In this document: piece after piece, positions 1-8,687 of the stretch
Numbering within the stretch: position 1 is the first letter of the stretch
How the letters are laid out: the number at the start of each line of letters is the position of its first letter
Source: Candidatus Rifleibacteriota bacterium
GTDB lineage: Bacteria; Muiribacteriota; Ozemobacteria; Ozemobacterales; Ozemobacteraceae
Reading direction: 5' to 3'
DNA length: 64,000 bases
Assembly (NCBI GenBank): GCA_015232575.1
Contig: JADFZL010000026.1
Location: 13,688-77,687, forward strand
Made by a program: the position numbers and the translations under genes
Notes under the pieces: generated by a model
The model's input: the letters and a program-made list of their open reading frames with translations, nothing else
Databases searched by the model: none
What the model was told of the DNA's origin: nothing

Positions 1-1893
1 GGTATAATTGGAATGGCTGGAATTTTGCAGGATACAGACCTTGATCCAGAGCAGCGGGAGTTTGCTGATACGATTAAGTCATGTTCTGAATCGCTTCTTA
101 CAATAGTAAATGACATTCTCGATTTTTCCAAAATTGAGGCGGGTAAGCTTGACATAGAAATAATACCTTTTGAAATCAGACTTGTGCTGGACGATCTGGT
201 TTCCCTCATGTCCGTAAAAGCAAAGGAAAAATGTATTGGTTTTACATGTACTCTTGATCCAAAAATTCCAAAGACCCTCCTCGGTGATCCAGGAAGAATT
301 AGACAAATTCTTTTTAACCTTGTCGGGAACTCAATCAAGTTTACTTCTAAAGGCGATGTCCTTGTTTATATCATTTCAGAAAACCAGACTGAAGACAAAA
401 TCAGATTGAAGTTTTCAGTAGCAGACACTGGAATAGGTATTCCTGAAGAAATGAAATCCCGTCTTTTCAAGCCCTTTTCACAAGTAGATGCGTCAACAAC
501 AAGAACTTTTGGTGGTACAGGACTCGGACTTGCAATTTGCAAAAGACTTGTTGAAATGATGAATGGTGATATTTCTTTTGAAAGCAAGCCGAATGAGGGT
601 TCAACGTTCTTTTTCACTGCAGAATTAGGTATCAGTAAAAAAATCGAATCTAAGGATGAACAAACCCTACCCAATCTTCATGGCAAAAAAATACTGATTG
701 TTGATGACAACTCAACGAATAGAAAAATCTTGTGCGAATTACTCAAGAATTGGCATTTCAAGTTTGAGGAAGCTTCTGATGCCAATGAAGCCATTTCTCT
801 GCTGAAAAGTGCAAAGCGCTCTGGCATGCCATTTGATCTGGCAATTCTTGACATGGTCATGCCACAAACTGATGGTGAAATGCTCGGAGCAAAGATAAAA
901 GAAGATCCGGAAATTTCAGACATTATAATCATCATGCTGACTTCTTTTGGACGGCGAGGAGATTTAGACAGACTTTCTAAAATTGGATTTGCCGGATATC
1001 TGAACAAACCAATTAAACCTTCCCAGCTTTTCGATTGCCTTGTCTCTGTTATTGGAAGCACCCCTTCAAACAGCTGCAATAAAATAGTTTCCACATTTCC
1101 TTTGACGCCTGAAAGAAAAAGACAGGTGAAAATCCTTCTTGCAGAAGACAACACTACTAATCAGAAGGTTGCAGTAAGAATCCTTCAAAATCTTGGTTAC
1201 AATGCAGATGTTGTAAATAACGGGAAAGAGGCGCTGAGAGCACTGGAAATCTCTGAGTATGACCTGATTCTGATGGATGTACAGATGCCTGAAATGGACG
1301 GTCTTTCAGCTACTTCCCTTATAAGAAGCGGTGCATCGGGTGAGAAAAAGAAATATGTTCCAATTATAGCAATGACCGCACATGCAATGCGTGGAGATAA
1401 AGACAGGTGCATTGAACATGGAATGGATGATTATCTTTCAAAACCGGTAAAACCCTCAGAATTATCCGAAATGATACAAAAATGGGCTCTTGGTAAAGCT
1501 GACAGTGAACTTAAACCGGCTGGTAAAACTTTTACACCAAGGGAAGAAATTTTCGATAAACCGGGAATGCTTGAAAGGCTTGGTAAAGACGATCTGCTTT
1601 TAAAGGAAATCATAGATGTTTTCCTTGATGACGTGCCTAAGCAACTTGATTCACTAGGAAAAGCAATAATTGAAAATGATTTCCTGAAACTTACAAAGTT
1701 TGCACATCGGTTAAAAGGAGCTGCAATGAATGTTGGGGCTATTTCACTTCATAAAGCGGCATTTCAGCTTGAGAAGGCGGCTGAGAAGAAAGACAGCAAT
1801 TTTACAAACGTTTCTTTTGAAAATGTAAAGATGGAATTCGAAGAATTTAAAAAAATGCTTTACATCACCGGAGTATTGCCCTCAATTCCTTAA
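1..1893 (+). CDS. hybrid sensor histidine kinase/response regulator, 5'-partial (HisKA - HATPase_c - REC - REC - Hpt)
   Basis: Reading frame is open from nt 1. HisKA-like dimerization helix (EQREFADTIKSCSESLLTIVNDILDFSKIEAGKL), ATPase G-boxes (DTGIGIPEE; GGTGLGLAICKRLVEMMNG), two receiver domains (KILIVDDNSTNRKIL...DLAILDMVMP; KILLAEDNTTNQKVA...DLILMDVQMPEMDG), C-terminal Hpt (HRLKGAAMNVGA). Confidence 0.85.
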   Translation, partial: GIIGMAGILQDTDLDPEQREFADTIKSCSESLLTIVNDILDFSKIEAGKLDIEIIPFEIRLVLDDLVSLMSVKAKEKCIGFTCTLDPKIPKTLLGDPGRIRQILFNLVGNSIKFTSKGDVLVYIISENQTEDKIRLKFSVADTGIGIPEEMKSRLFKPFSQVDASTTRTFGGTGLGLAICKRLVEMMNGDISFESKPNEGSTFFFTAELGISKKIESKDEQTLPNLHGKKILIVDDNSTNRKILCELLKNWHFKFEEASDANEAISLLKSAKRSGMPFDLAILDMVMPQTDGEMLGAKIKEDPEISDIIIIMLTSFGRRGDLDRLSKIGFAGYLNKPIKPSQLFDCLVSVIGSTPSNSCNKIVSTFPLTPERKRQVKILLAEDNTTNQKVAVRILQNLGYNADVVNNGKEALRALEISEYDLILMDVQMPEMDGLSATSLIRSGASGEKKKYVPIIAMTAHAMRGDKDRCIEHGMDDYLSKPVKPSELSEMIQKWALGKADSELKPAGKTFTPREEIFDKPGMLERLGKDDLLLKEIIDVFLDDVPKQLDSLGKAIIENDFLKLTKFAHRLKGAAMNVGAISLHKAAFQLEKAAEKKDSNFTNVSFENVKMEFEEFKKMLYITGVLPSIP

Positions 1894-1975
1894 AGAGCAC
1901 AAAGTGCTTTACCGCGGGGGTGGTCGGAAAAACTTGATCGACCGGTGAGAGGGTGTGCGTGCCCCTCTTATAAAT
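1894..1975 (+). repeat. X-type conserved intergenic element, copy 1 (three consecutive stem-loops: GAGCAC-aaa-GTGCTt; GGTCG-n12-CGACC; GAGAGGG-n8-CCCTCT; followed by TATAAA)
   Basis: Homologous over about 85 bp with 41546-41630. Stems are preserved with compensatory or wobble changes. Lies between the kinase stop codon and the next start. Confidence 0.6.
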
Positions 1976-1987
1976 GGAGACACTCAG

Positions 1988-2809
1988 ATGATCGCAATAA
2001 GAAATAAAAATACCATCAGAAATTCGACATGCATTGTTTTATTAACTGCTGTTTTCAGCTGGTCTTTCTGTATGCTGTCAATAGCAAACATCAGCCCTGA
2101 TACTTTAAGAATGCAATCTTCTCTTGAAAATGCGTTTCTGGTCGCATTCTCAAATAGCGATGCACTGAATTCGACCCGCGTATTTGACATACTCGGGTAC
2201 ACTGATGAACAAAAACGTACAATAACAAACGTGGTTCCAAAACCATCTTCACTGAGTGTATCATTCGAACCAGATTTAAGCGGTCCGGGGAAATTCAATT
2301 CCATTGAAGTTCTTTCCAGAAATACACATTTTTATAAATTGATAATTGATTCATGTAAACTGAATTTTAATAACGTTAATATCAATTCCCAATCACTTGA
2401 ATCAGGACGTATTCTATTTAACAACTTCGGGCAACTGGGGATCGAAACACGTGTCGCAACTACAGAAATATTGAAACTTTTTGAATATTTTTCTGATGCC
2501 AGAAAGATTTCAAATCTGAAAATGACGATGAAAAATTCTGAAATTCTTGTATCTGGAACAATAAAAAAAGGATTTTTTCCTGTGGAATTTCATTCTTATG
2601 GAAAACCTGTATTAGTTGGTAACGATAAAATAAATTTCAGATGCAGAAGACTCACTGTAAATGGCCTTCCCATGCCAAATGCAATAATTGAAAGCATCTT
2701 TTCAAAAATAAATCCGGTTTTTGATGTAAAAAGAACTTCTCTCAAACTTGTTCTGAAAAATGTCGAAGCAAAAGACGGATACATAATAACTAACGCTGAT
2801 TTGAGGTAA
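1988..2809 (+). CDS. hypothetical N-terminally membrane-anchored protein
   Basis: ORF with a hydrophobic N-terminus (CIVLLTAVFSWSFCMLSI) and a GGAGA Shine-Dalgarno about 7 nt upstream of ATG 1988. The track start (GTG 1955) lies inside the upstream hairpin and is less likely. No family recognised by eye. Confidence 0.55.
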   Translation: MIAIRNKNTIRNSTCIVLLTAVFSWSFCMLSIANISPDTLRMQSSLENAFLVAFSNSDALNSTRVFDILGYTDEQKRTITNVVPKPSSLSVSFEPDLSGPGKFNSIEVLSRNTHFYKLIIDSCKLNFNNVNINSQSLESGRILFNNFGQLGIETRVATTEILKLFEYFSDARKISNLKMTMKNSEILVSGTIKKGFFPVEFHSYGKPVLVGNDKINFRCRRLTVNGLPMPNAIIESIFSKINPVFDVKRTSLKLVLKNVEAKDGYIITNADLR

Positions 2810-2818
2810 AATAATTCA

Positions 2819-3556
2819 ATGACAGACAGAAGACTGTTTCGTATCGCCAGATCTCTCCATCAAAGGCAGCTTGACCTTATTATTGGTCTTGAAAAAGTTC
2901 ATGACCCGCACAACCTTGCTGCAATATTAAGAAGCGCAGATGCAACAGGAGTTGGAAAAGTTGTATGGGCACCAAACAATGAAAATCCGCTTCCACCCAA
3001 CCCGGAAGTCTCAAAAAGCAGCGAAAAATGGGTTGAACTTATCCAGACAACAAATTTTATTAATACCATGAAATCTTATAAAGATCAGGGGTTCAATATT
3101 GCAGCAACTCATCTGGGCAACACTTCCGTCGACTTCCGAACTCCAGACTGGTCGAAACCATGGGTTGTCATACTTGGCAATGAAAGGATCGGCTGCTCAA
3201 AGGAAATCCTGGAAATCTGTGACCTGAATATCCAGTTACCCATGATGGGACTTGTACAAAGTCTTAATGTTTCAGTTGCCACGGCGGTAATTCTTTATGA
3301 AATACAGCGTCAGAGGCAAAACAAGGGAATGTATTCACGTGTTTTACCTCCTGGTACAGTAAAAAGTCTTTTCGATTATTGGAAACTTGCAGAGGAAGGC
3401 ATTAAATTGGAAGATGTTCTTCAACCTCCGCCTTTTGAAATGGAAGTCCCTGATTCAGAACACCTTGATGGCAGAACAGCATTCCTTGAAAGAAGAAGAC
3501 TTGAAAAAGAGGCCAAACTTAAAAAAGCAGCTGAACACGTTGAGGAAATTCGATAG
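2819..3556 (+). CDS. trmH: TrmH/SpoU-family RNA 2'-O-methyltransferase
   Basis: SpoU motifs HDPHNLAAILRSADATGV and VVILGNERIGCSKEIL...LPMMGLVQSLNVSVATAVILYE. Confidence 0.8.
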   Translation: MTDRRLFRIARSLHQRQLDLIIGLEKVHDPHNLAAILRSADATGVGKVVWAPNNENPLPPNPEVSKSSEKWVELIQTTNFINTMKSYKDQGFNIAATHLGNTSVDFRTPDWSKPWVVILGNERIGCSKEILEICDLNIQLPMMGLVQSLNVSVATAVILYEIQRQRQNKGMYSRVLPPGTVKSLFDYWKLAEEGIKLEDVLQPPPFEMEVPDSEHLDGRTAFLERRRLEKEAKLKKAAEHVEEIR

Positions 3557-3602
3557 CCCTCAAAACTCCACGGTAACTCGGTAAATGGTGCGCATGCCCG
3601 TG

Positions 3603-3690
3603 CCATCTCGAACGAATGTGAGATATCTTATAAATACCAGATTTCTCCCTTCGGTCGAAATGACAAAATCAGAATTCTTGAGCTTAAGTT
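3603..3690 (+). repeat. Y-type conserved intergenic element, copy 1
   Basis: CATCTCGAACGAATGTGAGATATCTTATAAA...TTTCTCCCTTCGGTCGAAATGAC is nearly identical to 54157-54250 and to the reverse complement of 47107-47185. Confidence 0.6.
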
Positions 3691-3756
3691 GTACGCATGG
3701 GAAAATACCATGAGTTATTGCGCAGACGCTAGAAATGATTTAAAAAGGAAGCAGAA

Positions 3757-4242
3757 GTGTCATATATTGGTCAAGTAATTGAATTTAAAAACGATTCAGC
3801 TGTAATAGAGATAGGTGTTTTCAGTTCATGTAATAAATGCAGTGGATGCGGTGGTAAAAGCATTTTTGCAGGTTCGTCTGACAAGAAAAGAACTATTATC
3901 GCAAAGACCGGAAATCATTCGCTTCTGAAAGGTGACTTTGTTGAGGTTTCTCCAAAACCCGGCGCCCAATCAATGGCAGCACTTCTTGTATTTGGCATTC
4001 CATTATTCTTTTTCTTCATCGGACTTGTTTTCGGAACGTCTATACTTTCCATGTTCATTCAAATTGAGGCAAAAGACTGGATAAATCTTCTGCTTGGCTT
4101 TCAAGGATTGATAATGGGTTTTGCAGTATCTTTTCTGATAATAAAAATTGCCGGATTCGATTTTTTCATGCTTCAGGTAGAAAGAAAGATTTCCGAGGAA
4201 GAAATTAAAAACGCCGGGTCCTGTGATTTGGCTTCCCGCTAA
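3757..4242 (+). CDS. RseC/MucC-family protein (SoxR-reducing system / sigma-E positive regulator family)
   Basis: N-terminal G-V-x-E...CNKCSGCGG cysteine cluster followed by two hydrophobic helices, the typical RseC layout. Confidence 0.55.
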   Translation: MSYIGQVIEFKNDSAVIEIGVFSSCNKCSGCGGKSIFAGSSDKKRTIIAKTGNHSLLKGDFVEVSPKPGAQSMAALLVFGIPLFFFFIGLVFGTSILSMFIQIEAKDWINLLLGFQGLIMGFAVSFLIIKIAGFDFFMLQVERKISEEEIKNAGSCDLASR

Positions 4243-4808
4243 TAATTATTAACAACGTCTTCGGAGGGACGAAAACGCGGATCTTTTACTGCTTCGCTTT
4301 CTTCTTTTATTACAACAAGCACGGTCTGCTTATGTGATTGGGTCTTTCTACTGCCAGCTGGTTCAATTTCCGTAAGAATCTCAAGAATATAAGTACCCGT
4401 TGAGGTTGTATTTCCGGCAGTCGTCCCCTCAGAAATCTTAAATTCCTTGAGATGTTTTGTAAGGATTTGAGTTTTTCCATTTTCAACTCTTTCAAGTATG
4501 GGCGGAACAAACTTGTAGGAAATGTCCAAAAGGGCAACTCCTGATGGTTTTTTCAGTTCAAGTGTACTGTTTGAGTATTTAAAGGTACCCCTTCTGGCAG
4601 ACACGATATCTCTTTCAAGCGCTCTCAATGATATTTCGGCCTCGCCTGTCACAGCAGCTCTGGCTGCAGAAATAGACTGGTTCTCCTGAGCGCTTCTGAG
4701 AATGTAAAAAGCCCCTCCGCTGAGAATAACAAAAAGAAAAAGAGCGATAATGGTTTCGACAACAGTAAACGCCTTTTTGGTTAATCCTGAAGAACCCATA
4801 AAAAACAT
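4239..4808 (-). CDS. prepilin-type N-terminal cleavage/methylation domain protein (pseudopilin / minor pilin)
   Basis: N-terminus MFFMGSSGLTKKA|FTVVETIIALFLFVIL: class-III signal with Phe at +1, Glu at +5 and a hydrophobic helix. Confidence 0.7.
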   Translation of the reverse strand: MFFMGSSGLTKKAFTVVETIIALFLFVILSGGAFYILRSAQENQSISAARAAVTGEAEISLRALERDIVSARRGTFKYSNSTLELKKPSGVALLDISYKFVPPILERVENGKTQILTKHLKEFKISEGTTAGNTTSTGTYILEILTEIEPAGSRKTQSHKQTVLVVIKEESEAVKDPRFRPSEDVVNNY

Positions 4809-5224
4809 AATTCCTCTTTCTTCTTTTCGTTATTGTTTTTTGTCCAGCAAATTGTTGCTTTTATTTCAGAAATCGTCTTTTCAGAATTGTTGAATTTAGC
4901 TTTAACAAAGAGTTCAAAATCTTTTTGAGCTTTCTGAATATCAAGAATTTTCTGCAGATTCGTAATGTAAAACTGGCCGGGCATGTCAAATTCAGTTTGA
5001 GGAGCAAAAGACAGCTTCTGGAATTCCTTGTATGACTGGCTCATTACTTCGTTTTTCAAAGAATTCAGGATTTCCCTTGCCATAGCAAGCTTTGATGTTT
5101 CAACTGCTGTGGCAGAATATCCTGAGATGCTCTTGTAAATTGGAATCAGTCCAAGAATAAGGATAAAAATTGCAATTGTTATTTCCAAAATGGATAAACC
5201 AGAATCATATCTTCTGATATTCAC
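4781..5224 (-). CDS. prepilin-type N-terminal cleavage/methylation domain protein (pseudopilin / minor pilin)
   Basis: MNIRRYDSG|LSILEITIAIFILILGLI: G at -1, E at +5, hydrophobic helix. Confidence 0.7.
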   Translation of the reverse strand: MNIRRYDSGLSILEITIAIFILILGLIPIYKSISGYSATAVETSKLAMAREILNSLKNEVMSQSYKEFQKLSFAPQTEFDMPGQFYITNLQKILDIQKAQKDFELFVKAKFNNSEKTISEIKATICWTKNNNEKKKEELCFLWVLQD

Positions 5225-5242
5225 AAATAATCCCTCTTCAAA

Positions 5243-7693
5243 TTAATTCTTTGCATAGTCAAAGCGTGTCCACCTGGCACCAATTGAGCAGAAATATCTT
5301 TTCGGCTCATATTTCCCAACATCCCTCATCATTGCAAGCATCGTCGGAGAAAGCGAGTGAGATTCATAAAAAACCTCAATTCCATCAACCGATTTTCTAT
5401 CAAATTGATTAATAACTAAATTCCCTTTAATAGTCAAGTTATTTCCAGATTTATTCATTATACACTGATTTGAAAAACATGCTGCCTCAATAACACACGA
5501 ATTATGAACAAGAATAGCTCCTCTTCTGGCAATCAGTGAAAACACCGTTGGGGAATCTGAAGAATGCACTCGTCTTATATCAGCGTAAACATCGATCACA
5601 TCTTTTGCTACGAGAATTCCCCTACCCTTGACTTTCATTGGCGAACTGATTTTCAGATTTCCCTTGATATATGTAACACCATTACATAAGAATGTACCAT
5701 CTGCGTCAAAGCGCTGAGAGTCTGCCCAGAAATCTGATTCATTCTCATAAAAATAATTTGCCTTTTTTGCATACTGAAGCGGGCTGTACAAATTCGCCGG
5801 AAGATTAGCTGAAATATTTGGGTTCCAGCGGCTGGTGTCTGATGTGTCATAGGCAGGGTAATCCGGTAATCCGTATGGAACTTTTCCAATTTTATGGTTT
5901 GAATAAATCATTGTTTTATCGTCACTATAGTCATGTTCGGGTTGTACTTGCCCTGCAAATCGGGAATACTTCATGTCAAGATAACCTTCCAGTTTCAGTG
6001 AAAGTGGGTATTCGAGATGAAATTTTCCAAATAAAAGAACAGGGTTGGATAATTCTTCGTTAAATGAGATTATTTTCTTCAGTTCCTGACAACCTGGTCC
6101 GAATGTTTCTGAAAAATTGTCTAATTTTCCAGTATATGGAAAATCGAACCAGTAAAGCGGAGGTGGCGAATCACGCCAGGTTGCACTGAAAATACAGTTA
6201 AAAGTTTTAGCAGCTTTTTTATCCATTAACAGGGCATTGAACTCTGAAGAAAGTGGATCATTGGGAGTTCCAAGATAGATCGGTATTTCCATAGCTTTTG
6301 GTCCGGAATAATTCAGACGAACCATACCTGGAAAAGATGCAACCGACTCAAGGTTCGTAGTGGCATTTGCAGAAAAACCATCCGAAAGCTTTAAATACTC
6401 GCCACCTGGAAGATTATGTATTGTCATGGTAGCAGCCTGAGCTGGGTCCTGGAATTTCAGCTCGCTTCCTATTCCAGTCGGGACAGGGTCTGGTGATTCA
6501 ACAGCCCGTGAAGAATTGGCAACAAAGAAGGTATATTCCGGAGCGACCGGCATTGTATCTGAAACTTTTAAATCTTTTTCGGCAATCAGAATTCTTCTTA
6601 CAGGAACCAGATTAGCAGCAGGTTTGAATTCGACTATTGCCATGAAACGTATTTTCCCTGTTTTTTCAACAAAAGTATCATTTTTAAAGGAATTTGGTAC
6701 AGAATTTTTTATTACAGATGGAAGATTCTGAAATCGCAGACTGGCTGCCTGAAAAAGATAAGATGTGTTCCAGGAAATACTTTCCCAGCCAGTATTCATG
6801 AGTTTAGCGACAAGATTCGGCATTGAAAAGCTTCCGCCAACATCATCAAGTTTAAGGAATTTTTTGACAAGATCGTTGCAGTCTATTTCTCCATTCAGGG
6901 TCCATGTTAAAAGCGCTACATCAATTTCAATTTTATAGGCAATTACAGCAGGAGCTTTCTGCGAAAGGAAAAGTGTAACGTCCACAGCAGGAGGTCCTGG
7001 AACATCATGTGAAGGAGGTACAGGCAATTTGAAAGTCAATGTATAATCACTTGATAAATCGTTTTTAAGATTCTTGGGTGAACCACCTGAATATGAAAAT
7101 ATTGTGTCATAAAATTTGCCGGGATCGCCATGTGCCGGAGTTGATTTCTCTGAAATTCCGGTAACTGAATAATTTGGATCTTTCGAAGTTATTGCTGAGG
7201 CTGAAGAAATTAGTATATTCAGTGTTACTGAAGCAGTCCCGCCGAGATTTTGTATTACACTGCCGAGCGGTGAAAGAATTGGACAGGTTGAAGAATACTG
7301 ATAAGCAACCAAAAGATCGCTGTTAAGTTTTAATGGAGCATCAAGTCCGGATGTTGAACCAAGTGTTCCAGGAGTAACTCCGGCAGATGAATCAAGTAGA
7401 AGTGGCACCCGGAGAATCGCATACCATGGATTTGGAGCGGTTTTCTCATTATTCATGTGATCTTTTATGTATCGAATGCCAAGATCAACAGCGGCCTCAG
7501 CTAATGCTTCGGCTTTCTTTTCATTACTCAGTAATTTTGTTGAAAACCTTTTTGCAATAGTAGATCTTGAAAAGAAAAGAACTATTACCAGAAGAATAGC
7601 CAGAATACCAACAACAAAAATAAAAGCAGAACCAATTCGACACTTGCTTTTATTTTTGCAGAGTCTATTTAGTTGGTAATTTTCGATCTGCAC
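5243..7693 (-). CDS. large (816 aa) N-terminally anchored protein of the pseudopilin operon; C-terminal region looks beta-helix-like
   Basis: Single N-terminal TM (GSAFIFVVGILAILLVIVLFF). Co-oriented and overlapping with the upstream and downstream genes. No known family recognised. Confidence 0.6.
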   Translation of the reverse strand: MQIENYQLNRLCKNKSKCRIGSAFIFVVGILAILLVIVLFFSRSTIAKRFSTKLLSNEKKAEALAEAAVDLGIRYIKDHMNNEKTAPNPWYAILRVPLLLDSSAGVTPGTLGSTSGLDAPLKLNSDLLVAYQYSSTCPILSPLGSVIQNLGGTASVTLNILISSASAITSKDPNYSVTGISEKSTPAHGDPGKFYDTIFSYSGGSPKNLKNDLSSDYTLTFKLPVPPSHDVPGPPAVDVTLFLSQKAPAVIAYKIEIDVALLTWTLNGEIDCNDLVKKFLKLDDVGGSFSMPNLVAKLMNTGWESISWNTSYLFQAASLRFQNLPSVIKNSVPNSFKNDTFVEKTGKIRFMAIVEFKPAANLVPVRRILIAEKDLKVSDTMPVAPEYTFFVANSSRAVESPDPVPTGIGSELKFQDPAQAATMTIHNLPGGEYLKLSDGFSANATTNLESVASFPGMVRLNYSGPKAMEIPIYLGTPNDPLSSEFNALLMDKKAAKTFNCIFSATWRDSPPPLYWFDFPYTGKLDNFSETFGPGCQELKKIISFNEELSNPVLLFGKFHLEYPLSLKLEGYLDMKYSRFAGQVQPEHDYSDDKTMIYSNHKIGKVPYGLPDYPAYDTSDTSRWNPNISANLPANLYSPLQYAKKANYFYENESDFWADSQRFDADGTFLCNGVTYIKGNLKISSPMKVKGRGILVAKDVIDVYADIRRVHSSDSPTVFSLIARRGAILVHNSCVIEAACFSNQCIMNKSGNNLTIKGNLVINQFDRKSVDGIEVFYESHSLSPTMLAMMRDVGKYEPKRYFCSIGARWTRFDYAKN

Positions 7694-8538
7694 TTTAAAT
7701 CCTCCCGGATCTGATTAATCTTCCAGTCAAAGTATTTCTGTGCCTTTTCCTGAGCCATTTTTTTTTCTTCTACCAAGTACAATAATATTACACTTCTTTT
7801 CTGAAAATCGTTCATTGCCTGATAATATCGTCTCTGGTCTTTTATCCATTTGAAAAAATTTGTGTTTTTTTCAAGTCCGATGGCAGTTAGATCTTCTTTT
7901 GATTGAAGTTCACCAAGTTGCTGAAGATAATCAAAGTATTTTTCAGGATTACTTAATTCACGTGCACAGTTTGCCAGGTATTTGAGAGCAATACCTTTCA
8001 TTATTGGTGTTGATGAGGAATCTGAAAGCATCTGCAAAAATGAAGTTTCAGCCATTGAAAAGTCATTTTTCTCAGCAAAACTTTTTCCATCCCGGAATGA
8101 TTGACAAAGGCGCAATCTGTAAAGCTCACGTGTCTCAGTCGCAAGATTCGGATTATTTATCTGACTCAGGATAAAATTCTTACGGGCTTCTACGTTTTCC
8201 TTCTCAAAATTGTCGATTTTTTCCTGTGCAACTTTCAAAGCCTCAATATCAGCAGGGCTTAATTCATTAACTGGAGATATTCTTCCGGGCAAAATAGGTA
8301 TATGCTTTGTTTTTAAGGGAAGAGTATTAGAAGGATTCTCCGCATGAATTTCATCTGGAAGAAGCAGAGAAGGTGTTCCAGCACCCGAAGTAAGAAATGA
8401 TTCAGGAAGAATATTTGTCAAATCCTGGGGAAGTTCTTTCTTATCTTCAATAGCGTTCTGGTTGCTTCGAAAAACTAATAAATACATCCAGATTGCTGAC
8501 AAAATCAAAAAAGATACAATCAGGATTCTGTTTTGCAT
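7669..8538 (-). CDS. hypothetical membrane-anchored protein (first gene of the pseudopilin operon), possible TPR-like helical region
   Basis: N-terminal TM (ILIVSFLILSAIWMYLLVF). Overlaps the next gene by 25 nt. Confidence 0.55.
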   Translation of the reverse strand: MQNRILIVSFLILSAIWMYLLVFRSNQNAIEDKKELPQDLTNILPESFLTSGAGTPSLLLPDEIHAENPSNTLPLKTKHIPILPGRISPVNELSPADIEALKVAQEKIDNFEKENVEARKNFILSQINNPNLATETRELYRLRLCQSFRDGKSFAEKNDFSMAETSFLQMLSDSSSTPIMKGIALKYLANCARELSNPEKYFDYLQQLGELQSKEDLTAIGLEKNTNFFKWIKDQRRYYQAMNDFQKRSVILLYLVEEKKMAQEKAQKYFDWKINQIREDLKCRSKITN

Positions 8539-8639
8539 TATTCTGCAATTTCCTTAAACACTCTGAATTTTATGCCGCCTTCACCGCAACAATAAGACTA
8601 TTAATTTCCTATTACATTCTACCATTGAGAAACAAAAAA

Positions 8640-8676
8640 ACCAATAAAAAAACCCTCCGATTGCTCGGAGGGATCA
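8640..8676 (-). terminator. Rho-independent terminator of gene 8688-11069
   Basis: On the minus strand: CCCTCCG-agcaat-CGGAGGG (7-bp GC stem) followed by a T-run (TTTTTTTATTGGTTTTTTT). Confidence 0.75.
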
Positions 8677-8687
8677 AAAGTTTTAAA

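Noticed and set aside
1955-1987. GTG 1955 start for ORF 1955-2809
   Set aside because: It lies inside the conserved hairpin of the X element. ATG 1988 has a GGAGA Shine-Dalgarno sequence.
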